From the human T2T-CHM13v2.0 reference genome, Homo sapiens: a stretch of DNA of 64,000 nt. The stretch is from assembly GCF_009914755.1 (NCBI RefSeq), contig NC_060930.1. One strand, 5' to 3'. This document shows positions 1 through 13,880 of the stretch, piece after piece; position 1 is the stretch's first letter, and every line of letters starts with the position of its first letter. Both the position numbers and the translations under genes were made by a program. The notes under the pieces were generated by a model. That model had not been told where the DNA came from. It did not search any database and saw nothing but the letters and a program-made list of their open reading frames with translations.

Positions 1-1390
1 CGGCTCAAGAAATTCACAAGCAAAGATCAACCACTCAAACCAAATACAATAAAGTGATTCTGTAATGAAAAGTAGTGGTTTCAATTTCTCAAAAAAGTTT
101 GATTCAAGGGGACATGTGAATAGGGATGAAGACAAAGAAAATTAAAATGCAGGATGGTTCTAAGTGATAAAGAACCTTTTAAAAAAAACTGTCATAATTA
201 GATGGAAAATTTCCACACCATCATTTGCATTGAGAGATTTCCCTTAATTTCCTACTGCCATGACAGTAATGAAAGAAAAAGAATGATGGGAGAATAGGAT
301 TAATCAAAATAAATAATTCTTTCTCTAAAAAAAAAAAAGATAGGGAGGAAGCTTTAAGAAAGAAGAGAGTAGAGAGCTAGAGATTTCTTAATTTAGTTTG
401 GAATGTTTCCATTGGAATGAAGTCAGAAATACTCATTCTGCTTGTCTACATTCTTATCTATCTCTAGGTGTGTCAGTGTTTTCTATTTTTAGAAGACTCT
501 CAAAGATGAAAATCATGATTTATTTATGTGTAATGGAATAACATTTGGTGGATAAATCTACAAACAATTCTCTTTGCACTAATTAGAAGAGTTATTAATT
601 TTTTGTCTTCAGATACATAGTGCTGTGTAATTATTGAGTGAGCCTGTTTAAGAATATGGATGGTCCGAACACCTCCCAAATAGAAAGGGACCATCCTCAG
701 GCCTGAATGACACTTTGAGGTGTTACTGCCAGTGAGTGAAAATATCTGACCTGCCAGTATCGCAGGAGAGTACCATAGAACTTTTTATTCTGCATAGCCA
801 TTAGGGAACAAACCATCCTATAGAGGACAGGAGTGTTGATCTTTGACTACGAACATTTAAAATCTTTGAACTTTATAAAAAAAAAACAAGGTGAAAATGC
901 TTGAATGCTTACATACATTATGTGGTATATAATTAAACCTTTTTGGGTGTAAAAGTATTATTTCAGCTCACAAACATGTTTTGTGTTCAAGATAGTGCAT
1001 GATGTCTTAGACATACAGAAATGGGATTAAGGCTTTTTCTCAATGAGCTTACACTCTGATGATGGAGTAGCTATATCAGTTTTTTACAGAAAGAGGTAAA
1101 CAAAGATATAGATGTAAACTGTAATCTGTATGTTAAAGTAAAGACACAAAGAGATATCTAGAATGACTCCTGGGTTTCTGGTCCAAGTTACTGTGTAGAC
1201 TGTGGAGCTGTTTGCTGTGATGGGAATGAGAATGTCCCCCCAAGGATGAGCACTAAGGGAGTGATGACGAGCTCACTTGTGAGTTCTAGAGATGATGATG
1301 AAGATGACGTGGGATGTATGGCCCCAAGAGTGGCCCTAACATTGACTTATCGAGAAAGTCATTGACTTGAGCATGCATTTTTGGCATCTA

Positions 1391-1743
<353 letters not shown>

Positions 1744-3404
1744 ATCTTTCGTATACCACACACACACATTCACATATTACTCATGTTTCAGAGGACTTTG
1801 TATGTGTCCTTCAGTGCACGTGGCTGTTTGTCCCCTCAGAGTAGGAAGCAGCTGTTCTAACTTCCGTCTTCGCAGAAGGTTGTCATCTCCTCTGTGGTGA
1901 GGGCTCTGCAGAGTCACTGCTTGTTTGACCACATTCAGATTGCGGCCAGGGCTAAAGTCACAGCTTACCTCTTCAGCTCTCTACCGAACTGTATTTTCCT
2001 TGACCTGTTTCTTGCCAATCTTTTAATGTTTCTCATCCTCCAAGTTAACAACCCAATAAAAATTAGTCTTTTGTTAACATGCACCACAATGCTTCTCTTC
2101 TCAGAGGCCAAAGGACCTGCCTCAGCAACAGGGCTCTCACCTGCACTTGGCATGTTTAGAGTTAGGAGTTCCCACTCCACTGCCTTCTTGCCTCTGGCGA
2201 GGGCGAAATGAGGGGTGTTGTCCTGGCTCTTCCCAATTTCAGTCATTTCACAAGTCTGCAGTGTTCAAGTGCCTCAACTTGCAAAAACCATGGTTTTATA
2301 ACATGTTAATCTTGAATTTGGTGTTTTCACTAAAGGCAAGCATCTTCAACTATAAAAGTTTTATTTTATTTATTTATTTATGTATTTATTTACTTTTTAC
2401 CTCAGATTCTGCCAAGAAGTTCTTGAAACGATGTTTCTTGTGCCATAATAAACCTGGAAAAATAGCAAATAGATACTACACTAGTTTCATATTATGAAGA
2501 GATTTGTATGTGCTGTTCAGGAGGCTGAACTGTGTTTAGAAGGCAAAGAAAAGCCCTAGCAGGTTTCAGATAGAGAGCAACAGAGATCTTCCTCTTTCCC
2601 TTGCTCACCTCTTCCCAGGAGTAAAGAAGCCAGTGTAATACATTTCCTTCTGAGAACAAAGCACTGTTTTCTGGCCTCCACTGTTTCTCTGAAAGTGGCT
2701 TCTCTGTGCTTTTAGTTTTTCTAGGAGTTGAGAGAAAGACCACTCCAGAGGACAGTGAGATTAGCCCCGAATGGGGGCCCTTTTGCTTTGTCCACACCAG
2801 ATCCATCCCTGAGTGCACTGTGATCAGCCACTTCTCTATGTTTTTCTGATATTTTCACTTCCTGCTTGCCCCCTTCTCCCCCACAGTGGACATATGATGT
2901 CTTATTCTTTCCACTCAGCTCAACTGTGTCCCTTTGGGGAGAATCAACACTTTTCTCATCTGATTTGCCATATAATTGATCAGATATCTCCATTATAGTT
3001 CCTATCATACAGTGTTGTGATTAGTGTATGTAACTATCACATGGCCAGGGAGACCTACTCTAGGTATCCCCAGAAACCAGCAAAGAACATGATACTTCTT
3101 GGCCTCAGCATGTACCTGTTGAATAGAAGGAACTAATTGAATTAAATAAGGATAACTTGGCTGGCATTTTTCTTCCTTTGAACATTATAAGTACTTGTGG
3201 GAAAAGGTAATATTATCAGCATCCTCAAACCAGAAGAGATGATAGACAATGAAATATGACAAAAGCATACTGCAAATATTACAATTGCAGCATTTGTTCT
3301 CCCTACAATACCAAATGATATGCAGTAAAAAGACTTAATCCAGGGAGGAATCAGGATTTACACAAAGTAAATATTGAGAAAAGGAGTGACTTAAACAGCA
3401 ATGA

Positions 3405-3976
<572 letters not shown>

Positions 3977-4415
3977 CTAAAATGCATTTTCTATTATTTA
4001 TTCTCCATGACTTTGTTAATTTCCCCTTCTCTTTTTATATGTTATTGTCTATATGATACTGGCTAAATTTCGAGATGATCATTTGGAAATGTCAGCATTA
4101 TCTATACATCATTTTTGGACAATATGTTCAAACACAATTATAGTAGGGTTTATCTATTACTTTATACATGTTGCTTAGAAAAAATGCATATTAGGAATTT
4201 CTCAAGTAATTTTAAATTTTAAAGGCAACCAGATCTTAGCACTTCTGTTTTAAAATAAACAACAGTAAATAATTGTATTTCATTGTGATACCAGAAGATC
4301 TTCTAAAATGTTTGTATATTTGATATGTATACATAGCATATATATGCCATGTATATTTATTTGCCACATATATACTAAAAAGTCATATACATTTATGTAT
4401 TTGCCACACTCACTT

Positions 4416-4456
4416 GTATGTGTATGTGTATGTGTATGTGTGTGGTTGTGTGTGTA
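4416..4456. repeat. (TGTATG)n/(TG)n microsatellite
   Basis: Direct inspection. Confidence 0.85.
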
Positions 4457-4599
4457 TTTGTCACTTCCCTCATTTGTCATTTGCCTCTTAACTATAAATG
4501 GCATACTTGGGTTACCATTGTTTATAGTGCTTATCTTATTTAACTGATCAGTATTTTCTTTACCAGCTTGCCTTTACATGTCAGAAAAAGAGTTACCAT

Positions 4600-5935
4600 A
4601 AACTTTAGGTTCCAGGGATCCTCACTTATATGGGCCATTTTCAAGGCTCTGGAAGGAGTCCTAGTCATGTGTTATTCTGGTCATAAATCTTCCAAAAGTC
4701 AGATACTTTAACAACATTCAGTTTCTTTTCACTTTTACTTCCGGTCCATTACACTGAACTTCATGTTAAATGACATCAGAGACTAAAGGCAGTTAGAGGT
4801 CTAACTAAGGGAAATTGAACTTAAGATACATTTAGTTTAGTAGTATGCATGTATGTAGTTTGCTCTCATTTCTGAGTACAATTTAGTTCTTTCTAGCTAT
4901 GTCTCTGTAGCAATGACTTCCAGGAATAACAATATGCTGGAAATATACAGACCTGGGAGCTAGTCTGCAAAATTATAAGCACAGGGTTTGGTTTTCATCA
5001 ATACCTAGCCATAACAGAAATTTTCTCCTGTTAATGCACAAAAATAATTCCAACTTGATAATGCAATATATATAATTTTGTATATGTCCATACAATAAAA
5101 GTATGTGCTGTGTATTTCAATATGTCAGTAGAAACAATTCTGACATTTAGAAGCAAAATATAGCCAAAAACCCCTCACCCAATACTGAAAACAGAATTCA
5201 TTAAAATAAAGAGATAAATTTGAAATGTAAGTGGTGAATACACCATAGAATTGTTTGATTTTCCAGTTAATAAAGAGGAGTGTAACAAGCTGAAAAAAAA
5301 ATACATTTTTCACTAATTTGTCAGGAAATACAAACATCAAGAAAGATAAATACAAATAATGTAAAAAAATACAACATTGCAATACCACCAAGGACAGTTT
5401 GTTCAATTAGTGTAACCAATTCAAAGAATGTCTTAAGGTTAGACTTTATAGAGGAGAACTTGAAATGCCCCAAGGTCTTCCACTTCATATATGAAGAAAC
5501 TTAGAGGTTTTCCCAATTCAGCAACAACACTAAAAATTTACATGATATTATCTATTATGAGTTGTGAAGCTGTAAGAAAGGTTTCCAGTCTATCAATTTA
5601 AAGAACGTGATTTGATGAACCACGACAAAAAGGACTGGTGTATATTTTTATTTTTCTCTTTAGAAAATTATATTACAAAATCATTGTCATAGGAGGAAGC
5701 AAAATACAGCCCAAAAAAGTAGAAAAAAATATTGTAGAGTATGTTAATAAAAATGCTATGTTATTTTTCTGGGATTTTGTGATGTCAATGGTATTTATCA
5801 GCTTTGTTTTCTCATTCTAAGCAGATATCCAGTTTTGTTTCTAATTTTGCATTTACGTTTTTACATTACTTCATTTAATGAAAGTTCTAAAATTGATTAA
5901 GCTTGGTTCCCACAAAATCTGTATCCAACCCTTGT
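4600..5935 (+). mobile_element. hAT-family DNA transposon relic with decayed transposase C-terminus (boundaries approximate)
   Basis: 5509-5598 translates FPNSATTLKIYMILSIMSCEAVRKVSSLSI, resembling the hAT dimerisation motif (FPN..LxIxLTLPVTSCxAERSFS). Confidence 0.65.
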
Positions 5936-6002
5936 TTGAGGCTTAGAGAATTCTTGATTATAAACATAATTCATTTTCTGTATTCAAAATATTTAATCTT
6001 GA

Positions 6003-6300
6003 AGCTAGGTGCAGTGGCTCATGGCTGTAATCCCAGCATTTCGGGAGGCCAAGGTAGGAGGATTGCTTGAGGCTGGGAGTTCAAGACCAGCCTGGGCAAA
6101 GCAGGGAGAATCTGTCTCTACGAAAAATTTAAAAAATTAGCCAAGCATGGCGGCATCTGCCTGCAGTTCCAGCTACTTGGGAGGCTGAGGAAAGAGGATC
6201 ATCTGAGCCCAGGAGGTTGAGGCTGTGGCAAGCTGTGATTGCGCCACTGCGCTCCAACCTGGGCGAAAAAAAAAAAAAAGAAGAAGAAAGAAAGAGAAAG
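6003..6300 (+). mobile_element. Alu (J-type)
   Basis: Dimer with A-rich tail; TSD aaatatttaatct. Confidence 0.92.
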
Positions 6301-6309
6301 AAATATTTA

Positions 6310-8200
6310 ATCTATCTGGAATTTATTTTAGATTATGGTATAGGGTGGAAAATTTGTCCTACTTTTTCAAAGCAGGCCAACTGTTCCAGCACCATTGTTA
6401 AGTAATATATTTTCTCATTGTTAATAAAAGTCACTTTAGCATAAATTCTTAAGTATGCTTGAAATCCTCCTAGGATTTTTGTTTTGTTTCATTGTTCTAT
6501 CTATTCCAGTACCATTGTTTTAATTGGTTATATTTTGATAATATATTTTGAAAACCATTAGTGCAAATGTCTTCTCATTCTTAGTTTTCAAAAATTTAAT
6601 TATTGCAGTATGTTTATTTTTCTAGTTGAAATTTGAAATCACTGTTACATGTTTTTTAAAAAAAAAACTCATTAAAATTCTGACAACTTATAATTAATTT
6701 AGCAGAACTGACATCTTAACAATACTAAGTCTTATCTGCAGCGTCGTTTTTTTGTAGTTGTCTATGTCCCTCGGAAAATGTTAATACTGTCTAATGGATT
6801 TTAGGCATTCCTAATTAAGTATATGTCTAGGCAGTTGATATTAGTTGTTAGAAAACTGTTTTAAAATTAACGTCTGTATGATTTGTAAATGGCCATTTTA
6901 CTGAACTTGCCTATTTAAAGAAATCAGCTGCAAACATTGATACTTCTTTATTTGTGTATTTTGAAACTTATTTAGCTTTTCCCATGATATTGGCCAAGAT
7001 TCACAAAATAGTGTAACTGTTTACACCAAGTATTTATGATTTCCAATGGAATACCTCTGAGAGAGAAACAGAGAGGTCCATTTTGATATGTATGTATTTA
7101 TCGATGTATATATGAAATGTTGAAGGAATATTCTTTCTAGTTTCCTTAAATACTCTGTCAAACATGGTTGTTAAACTAAATTAGGTGCTTTTGGAAGATA
7201 TCTATTGATACTGTCTTTTTAAAAATCATTTGTATCTATTACATTAATAGATTTCTTTATACTTCTTGATTCCAAGAATAAACTCTAGTACGGGGATAAT
7301 TTATTGCTCTTTTAATACGTCTGGGTTGGTGATTTTATTTAGGATTTTTTAATTCTCTATAATCATAAGTGAAATTTAGCTATAGTTTTCTTTCATTGTG
7401 ATAATTTTATCAGGTTTTGGTATGAGGTTAAAATAAACTGGGAAGATTTCCATCTTTATTCTCTGGGACATTTTAAATTGCAAAAGAAATCTATAATTTC
7501 AGAGTCTAAAATAACATCCATAAAATCATCTGGTTTTGGCAAATTTGAAGGGATAATTATCATCTTTTTCAATTTTATTCATGGTGGATCTTCTACATTT
7601 TGAGCCAATTTTGGTTATTTATATATTCCAGGCAGACAATCTATTTCATCAAGATATTCTCACTCAGTTGCATAAAGTTTTATGGAGAAGTAGCTCCCAA
7701 TGTTTTGTTCTTGCCTCCTATCAGTTAAAAATGCTTGAGTAGGCACCCCAATTTACTTATTTAATAATTGCATGTATTTACTACTAGACTAGTGGATTAC
7801 ATAAAGTATAAAACACTCTTGTAAATAGAAGAATTTTAAAGATAAGATAAAGATGAAATAAACTATTTAAAAATAATTTATATTTAGTTCAATCATGAAA
7901 TAAAAAACTTGTTGCTTCTCTAAAATAGTCTTAATATTAATATTTTAGTAAGAATTATGTCATTAAATAGGTTTTATTTTTTTTAAATCTTGGTTTAATA
8001 ATTTGTGACATAGTGATCAAAGATATTTTTCTAAATTCAATTTATTTTGGTATTCGTTTTAAAAAGTTACCCTAGCTCTAAAGATACCTCACAAATACAC
8101 ATAGGTCCAAATTGGAAAAAGTAAGTGCATCATTGTCAGTCTTACTAAGTCATCATGTGCATTCTTTTCAGTCCCATTTACTAATCATGTAGATAATGGT
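6310..8200 (-). mobile_element. Ancient L1 (L1M/L1ME-type) fragments
   Basis: T-rich degraded L1 ORF2/3' motifs (ttccagcaccattgtt, tttatcaggttttggtatgagg). Boundaries approximate. Confidence 0.6.
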
Positions 8201-9639
8201 TGAAATATTAAAAAATATTTGCTTTTCCTGATGTCAGTCAGAAGCTGTTGAATTTTTAAATTTTTAACAAATGAGTTTAAATACCACTGGGACTGTACAC
8301 AGGTTACAAAGCAGGTTATATATTTTGTGGTCCTGTTTTTAGAGTAGGCAGATTTAAGAAATTTTGTAAGTGACAAACATCGTTTTCAGCAACAAAAATC
8401 ACATAATGATGGGAACATTTCCAATTATTCTCAAAATGCTGTCTCCATTGCAGAAGTTTGTTTAAAAAGCCAATTATTTTCTATTCCCTTGTAAAAGCAT
8501 ATCACTTTTACCTTTGAGTGGCAGTTTGTGCTAATATTTTTTCAGTGTTGGCTGGGTTGATACAACTGACAGCCATTTACCTTCACAGAAATGATCAGTT
8601 AATTTGGGACACTTGTCTGTCTATAAAGGACATATACATAACTCACCAATAGCTTAAATCAGTAAACAAATTAAAATAGCTTAAAATTTTTCTTCAAATT
8701 TAAATCCCAGACATCCTGCAAGAGGAAATGAAATTCTATGTATTCTTCATTGATTTTTTTAGATGGCCATCTCATAACTGTTATCAAAAAATTACAAGTT
8801 TGCAAAGATGTAATTTGTGGAATATGGTAACCACAGACATTAAAAAAATAAAACTTAAATCCCATCATACTCAATGACATTCCAATACCATAGCAATTTG
8901 ACACCCACACTGTCCATTCTTAAAAATATATGTATCAGATTTTATCTAACAATGGGAAATTGTACTTTATCCCTTTTTCTTCCCGGACTTTTATTCCTAT
9001 TCCACTTCAAGCCCCCATTCCCAAGAATGTATTTAGTATATATTTATTTTTGAAACTCTGTTAATCATCAATATTTTCTATGATAAAAATATGCATATAA
9101 ATTGAAAGATTAATTTTTTAATTACCTGTGAACACAAGGCTCTAAGTGTTAATTGCCTTTCAGAGAGAGCTATCATTGCGACTGTTAGTAGTACATAATT
9201 AGTCAAAACAACGTAACTACATTATAGATTTTCACAGATAATCATCAAACAACAATTTTTAAATTATCAAAAAGAAAGCTCTTAATGAGATTAATGGGGT
9301 CAGGTTATTTTCATTTGCCCCTAGATAAATATTGTTCATGATTTGAGTGAGACGGGGCTCACATCAATTCTGTTCATATATTTTATGTTTCTAGATGTAC
9401 GCCCTGAGAAACCTTGTTCATATAAATAGACAGAAATGGAAATTCTGTTGCTGCTCAATGTGTTTACCCACTTCTGGGTTATTTGCTGAGAAGTTACCAA
9501 CTGATGAAATTAGTTCTAATAATCTATCTTTTGACAATTCTAATTCATTCTTCAATTGTGACAAAAGAAAAGAATTAATGTGCTCCCCAGTGGTTAGAGT
9601 TTGTTCACTTAGGCTTCCTTGAGATTTATCAAAGGATTA

Positions 9640-10010
9640 TTATATGAGTCAGCCTTTTCCGTGTAACCAACCAACAAAATCTCAGTGGCATGTAAGAAAA
9701 AAAGCAGTTATTTTTCTCCCTAGCAAGTATGCAGGTGAACTGGGGCAAACCTGGGTTCGGCTGCAAGTCAGTGCCAGCCTGTTCCGTGTGTCTCATTCTG
9801 GGGTCCAGGATGAAGTCGCAGTGGCTCCCTGAGGCATACACTCCTTGTGTCGGGGTCAAAACACACAGTACATCTTAAAGCCTACACTTCTTAGAATGAG
9901 CACATGGTCACTGGCCAAAGAAAGTCAGAGAGCATGCCCAGCATCAATGGGCCGATGAATATTCTTATCATGGATGTGTGAGATGGGGGAGTGAATGTTT
10001 GCGGAATAAT
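9640..10010 (-). mobile_element. Old MLT1-type MaLR LTR fragment
   Basis: gtaacc...aaaatctcagtggc...ttatttttctc...ctggccaaagaaagtca; subfamily not resolved. Confidence 0.5.
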
Positions 10011-11162
10011 CTAATATAACATACCCATTAGCTATTATTCTTGTTGTATATATTGTTTTGCTTTGAATCTAGTTTTCACTTAGCAATAACTTGTTCAAAT
10101 CAATATATGAAAAAGAATTGGCAGATTAAGAAGAGATATGAGAAAGGTTTTTGAGATGCTAGTAGTGTTTCTTTATGTTTTTACCTGTGTGGTGGATATG
10201 CACGTGAGTTCACCGAGTGATAATTCAGTGAACTGTACATTCATAACCTATGGACTCTTTCTGTATGTTATACTCCAAATAAAAGCTTATTCTTAAAAAG
10301 GAGTTGAGAAAATCAAATTACTTTTTATATCAAAAATTTTCTAATGGAATATATTTATAATGATCCCTTTTATCTTATTAAATGCTTTAAATATGTATTT
10401 TTATGTATTTACAACTAATAATGGAACCAATTTATTGAAAGCTATAGCTTTAGAGCATTCAATTTATGGAAAATGTCTGCTATGAAACCTAATTAGCAAA
10501 GCTATTTCTCATTTTGAAATCTATCAACTAATAGAGATTTAGTTTGCATCAGAAAATCACTCACTGCATTTTTCAAATCAAATAAGTGTCAATATTGATT
10601 TACAAGTATTATAAATAACATGTACATAAACATGTTAATATTTCAAGGAATGTGATGAAAACACTGCAAAATAAATTATGGAGCACATTTTGCAACAGAG
10701 TTTACTAAAGGTGATTAAGATTAAAATTGTGTAGATTCAATATAATGAAATCATCCACTTTACAAGTTAAAAAGCAAGAGTAAATCTATACACTGTTTCT
10801 TATACCTTAATTTCTAAAAATAAAATGTAATATATAGATAAAGTGATGTTATGAAGGGAGGAATGTGATAAAAACATGATGTTTATTATATGTGTGTGCA
10901 TCTTATGTATTGAATTTTGGTATTTGGCTTTTTGGAACAGTTAACTAAAAATCATATTTACAAATCCAAAAATTGCTTCCTTAATTTTGTTTGCATTATT
11001 AGCAAACATTTTCTGTAATCAATGAAAGGTTCTATACACTGCTAAAAAATAACTATTCTAGCAGCTATTACATAACATAAAATATTTAATAATAGGTGGA
11101 AAATGTAAACAATTTAGAAAATGAACAAGATATTTTTAAGATCTGACTTGATAAAATATATG

Positions 11163-11585
11163 TTAACCAATAATTGAATAATACATTCCAAATCTAAAAA
11201 AAAAATTGCTATCATTTGAAACATTTGGACCCCAGTTACTTTTAAAGCAAATGGTATCACCAATCTCCACTGCTTGTTCCTTGAAGATGTTTTTCTTCCC
11301 AGTCAATGTCACATCCTTGGGAGGAGAATTGAAAGTAGCTGAAGAAAACTGCTTACATTTAAATGAGAAAAAAAGACAGTCATTTTTGGCATCAGTGTGT
11401 TTTACCAATGCTCCCTTTGCTTTGCGGGTGCAAACTCTCCCTTGGAGAGCAATGCACTTTTTGCCAATCCTTTTGAGAAGTAAAAGAAGAGGTGGTAAAA
11501 GATAACTGTCATTCCTTCCCCTCTCGGAAATGTCAGGTTTCAGGATGATCCACCAAGGGCAAAAGACTCTGCTTCCAATACACCT
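11163..11585 (-). pseudogene. Candidate relic terminal coding exon (140 open codons)
   Basis: Stop-free frame from an AG at 11587-11586 (after tttcttttt) to TAA 11165-11163; no repeat recognised; ATTAAA/AATAAA downstream at 11090, 10887 and 10436. Confidence 0.3.
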
Positions 11586-12199
11586 CTATATCTTTAAAAA
11601 GAAATATGTAGAAGAGAGTGAAATACTAGAAAACTTGTGGACTTTTATTGATCCGTGGATTAATTATAAAAGGAAGGCTCCAAGAAAACAATATTTTCAG
11701 AAGTCCCTTGGTTTGGTTCTCTGGCGGCACCTCACATTAAGGGGCCAGATACCACTATGGTAAAATCTCGGAGCGGTGAGAGGTAAATCTTTCATGATGA
11801 TCAGTGATGCTGTTCACTGAACCTTTCCAGGCTCTCTGTCTGCCAGGCTCTGTGGGGCCAAGGGAATGCATTGTAAAGAGAAACAGTGACATTCTGGAGT
11901 GGATGGTTTCCCACAACATCCTGACAAATTCAACTTTCTTTTTTAAAATGGGAAAAGTTTTACTTTGAAAGATGAGCTAAGGAAAAAGAGAGCCCACTTT
12001 ATAGAAGGGAAGAGTATATACCAAAGTTGTGCCGTGTATATTGAGACCTTTAAACTACCCACATTGTATACCTTTTTAGAGTCTCTATTTAGCCCAGTTT
12101 GAAGATCATTTGTCCAGGGGGAAAAACATTCTTTTAAATAGTTTGACAAAACACAGCTAGGGAATCTCCATGGAAAATATATTCATGTATTCATGATAA

Positions 12200-12448
<249 letters not shown>

Positions 12449-12867
12449 TAAATAATTTATTCTGCACTCTATTTAGCTAAGTATATGTGTCCCAACAAAC
12501 TAAAGAACCAAAAGCATAAACACCAACTCCTTAGGATAGTGAAACCCTCCCCTTCCCTCCTCTACCAAGGAGAACACAGGCCTGACCTAGGAACTGAGCA
12601 GGGGTCCACTGTGAAACAGTAGTTGCAGTATCTGGACAGATTATTTTCCATTTTTAAAATAATAACAACATAAAAATAAGTGTCCCAATATTTTATTTGC
12701 ATACCATTCTGGCATAGATCATCCCTTAGGATACATCAACATCATTTCAGAAAAAAAAACTGAGAGAATACTGTCTTCTACATTCCTATTAAATTTCCTT
12801 TTAATCTGTGGTTCAACATTATCGTTCCTAATTTTAGGTCTTTATGGTTTCGTTTTGGTTTTCTTAA

Positions 12868-13181
<314 letters not shown>

Positions 13182-13359
13182 CTTGGTAAATATTTATTAA
13201 TTTTATTGGACTGTGTAAGTAATAGTCTTTTGTATTTATCACTTTTTCTATCCTTCTAATTTATTATTACACTTTTACACCTAATAATTATTTCCTCTTC
13301 CTTTTCTTAGATTTATTTTCATGTGATATCAGCTTCTTGAGTTAAACACTAGGTTTTTT

Positions 13360-13880
13360 TTTTTTTTGGTTAAGGTATAATTGACAAATACATATTGTAT
13401 ATATTATATTTATGGTGTACAATGTAAGTAATGTTTTGATATATAAGTACATTGTGAAATGTTTAAATCAATCTATTGAATATATCCAATAGTTATTTTT
13501 TGTGGTGAGAATAAAGATCTACTCTCTTAGCAATATTTAAATATACAATACACTTTTATTAACTATAGTCACCATGCTATACAATACTAGATCTCGCAAA
13601 CTTTTATTTTTTTAAGTGAAGGCATGTTTATTAAGTAAGTAAAGGAATAAAATAATGACTACTTCATAGGCAGGGCAGTCCTGAGGGCTACTGGTTGCCC
13701 ATTTTTGTGGTTAATGCTTGATGATATACTAAACAAGCAGCAGATTATTCATGCCTTCCCTTTTCAGACAATATAGGATAACTTCCTGATGCTGCCACGG
13801 CATTTGTAAACTTAGACCTCCCAAGTTTATTCATCCTGCCCAATTGAAACTTTGTATCCTTTGACCAACATCTTAAAATG
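13360..13880 (-). mobile_element. L1MA-type 3' end
   Basis: gtataattgacaaata...tactctcttagcaa...attaactatagtcaccatgct...aaactttgtatcctttgaccaacatc. Confidence 0.7.
13602..13812 (-). mobile_element. ERV1-type LTR fragment (MER51-like) with poly(A) tail and TSD
   Basis: gtttattaag..aaaggaataaa...gattattcatgcc...aacttcctga..gccacggcatttgtaaac; T-tract 13602-13613; flanking direct repeat. Confidence 0.6.

Noticed and set aside
12160-12169. Isolated kappaB consensus GGGAATCTCC
   Set aside because: Single site at about chance frequency.
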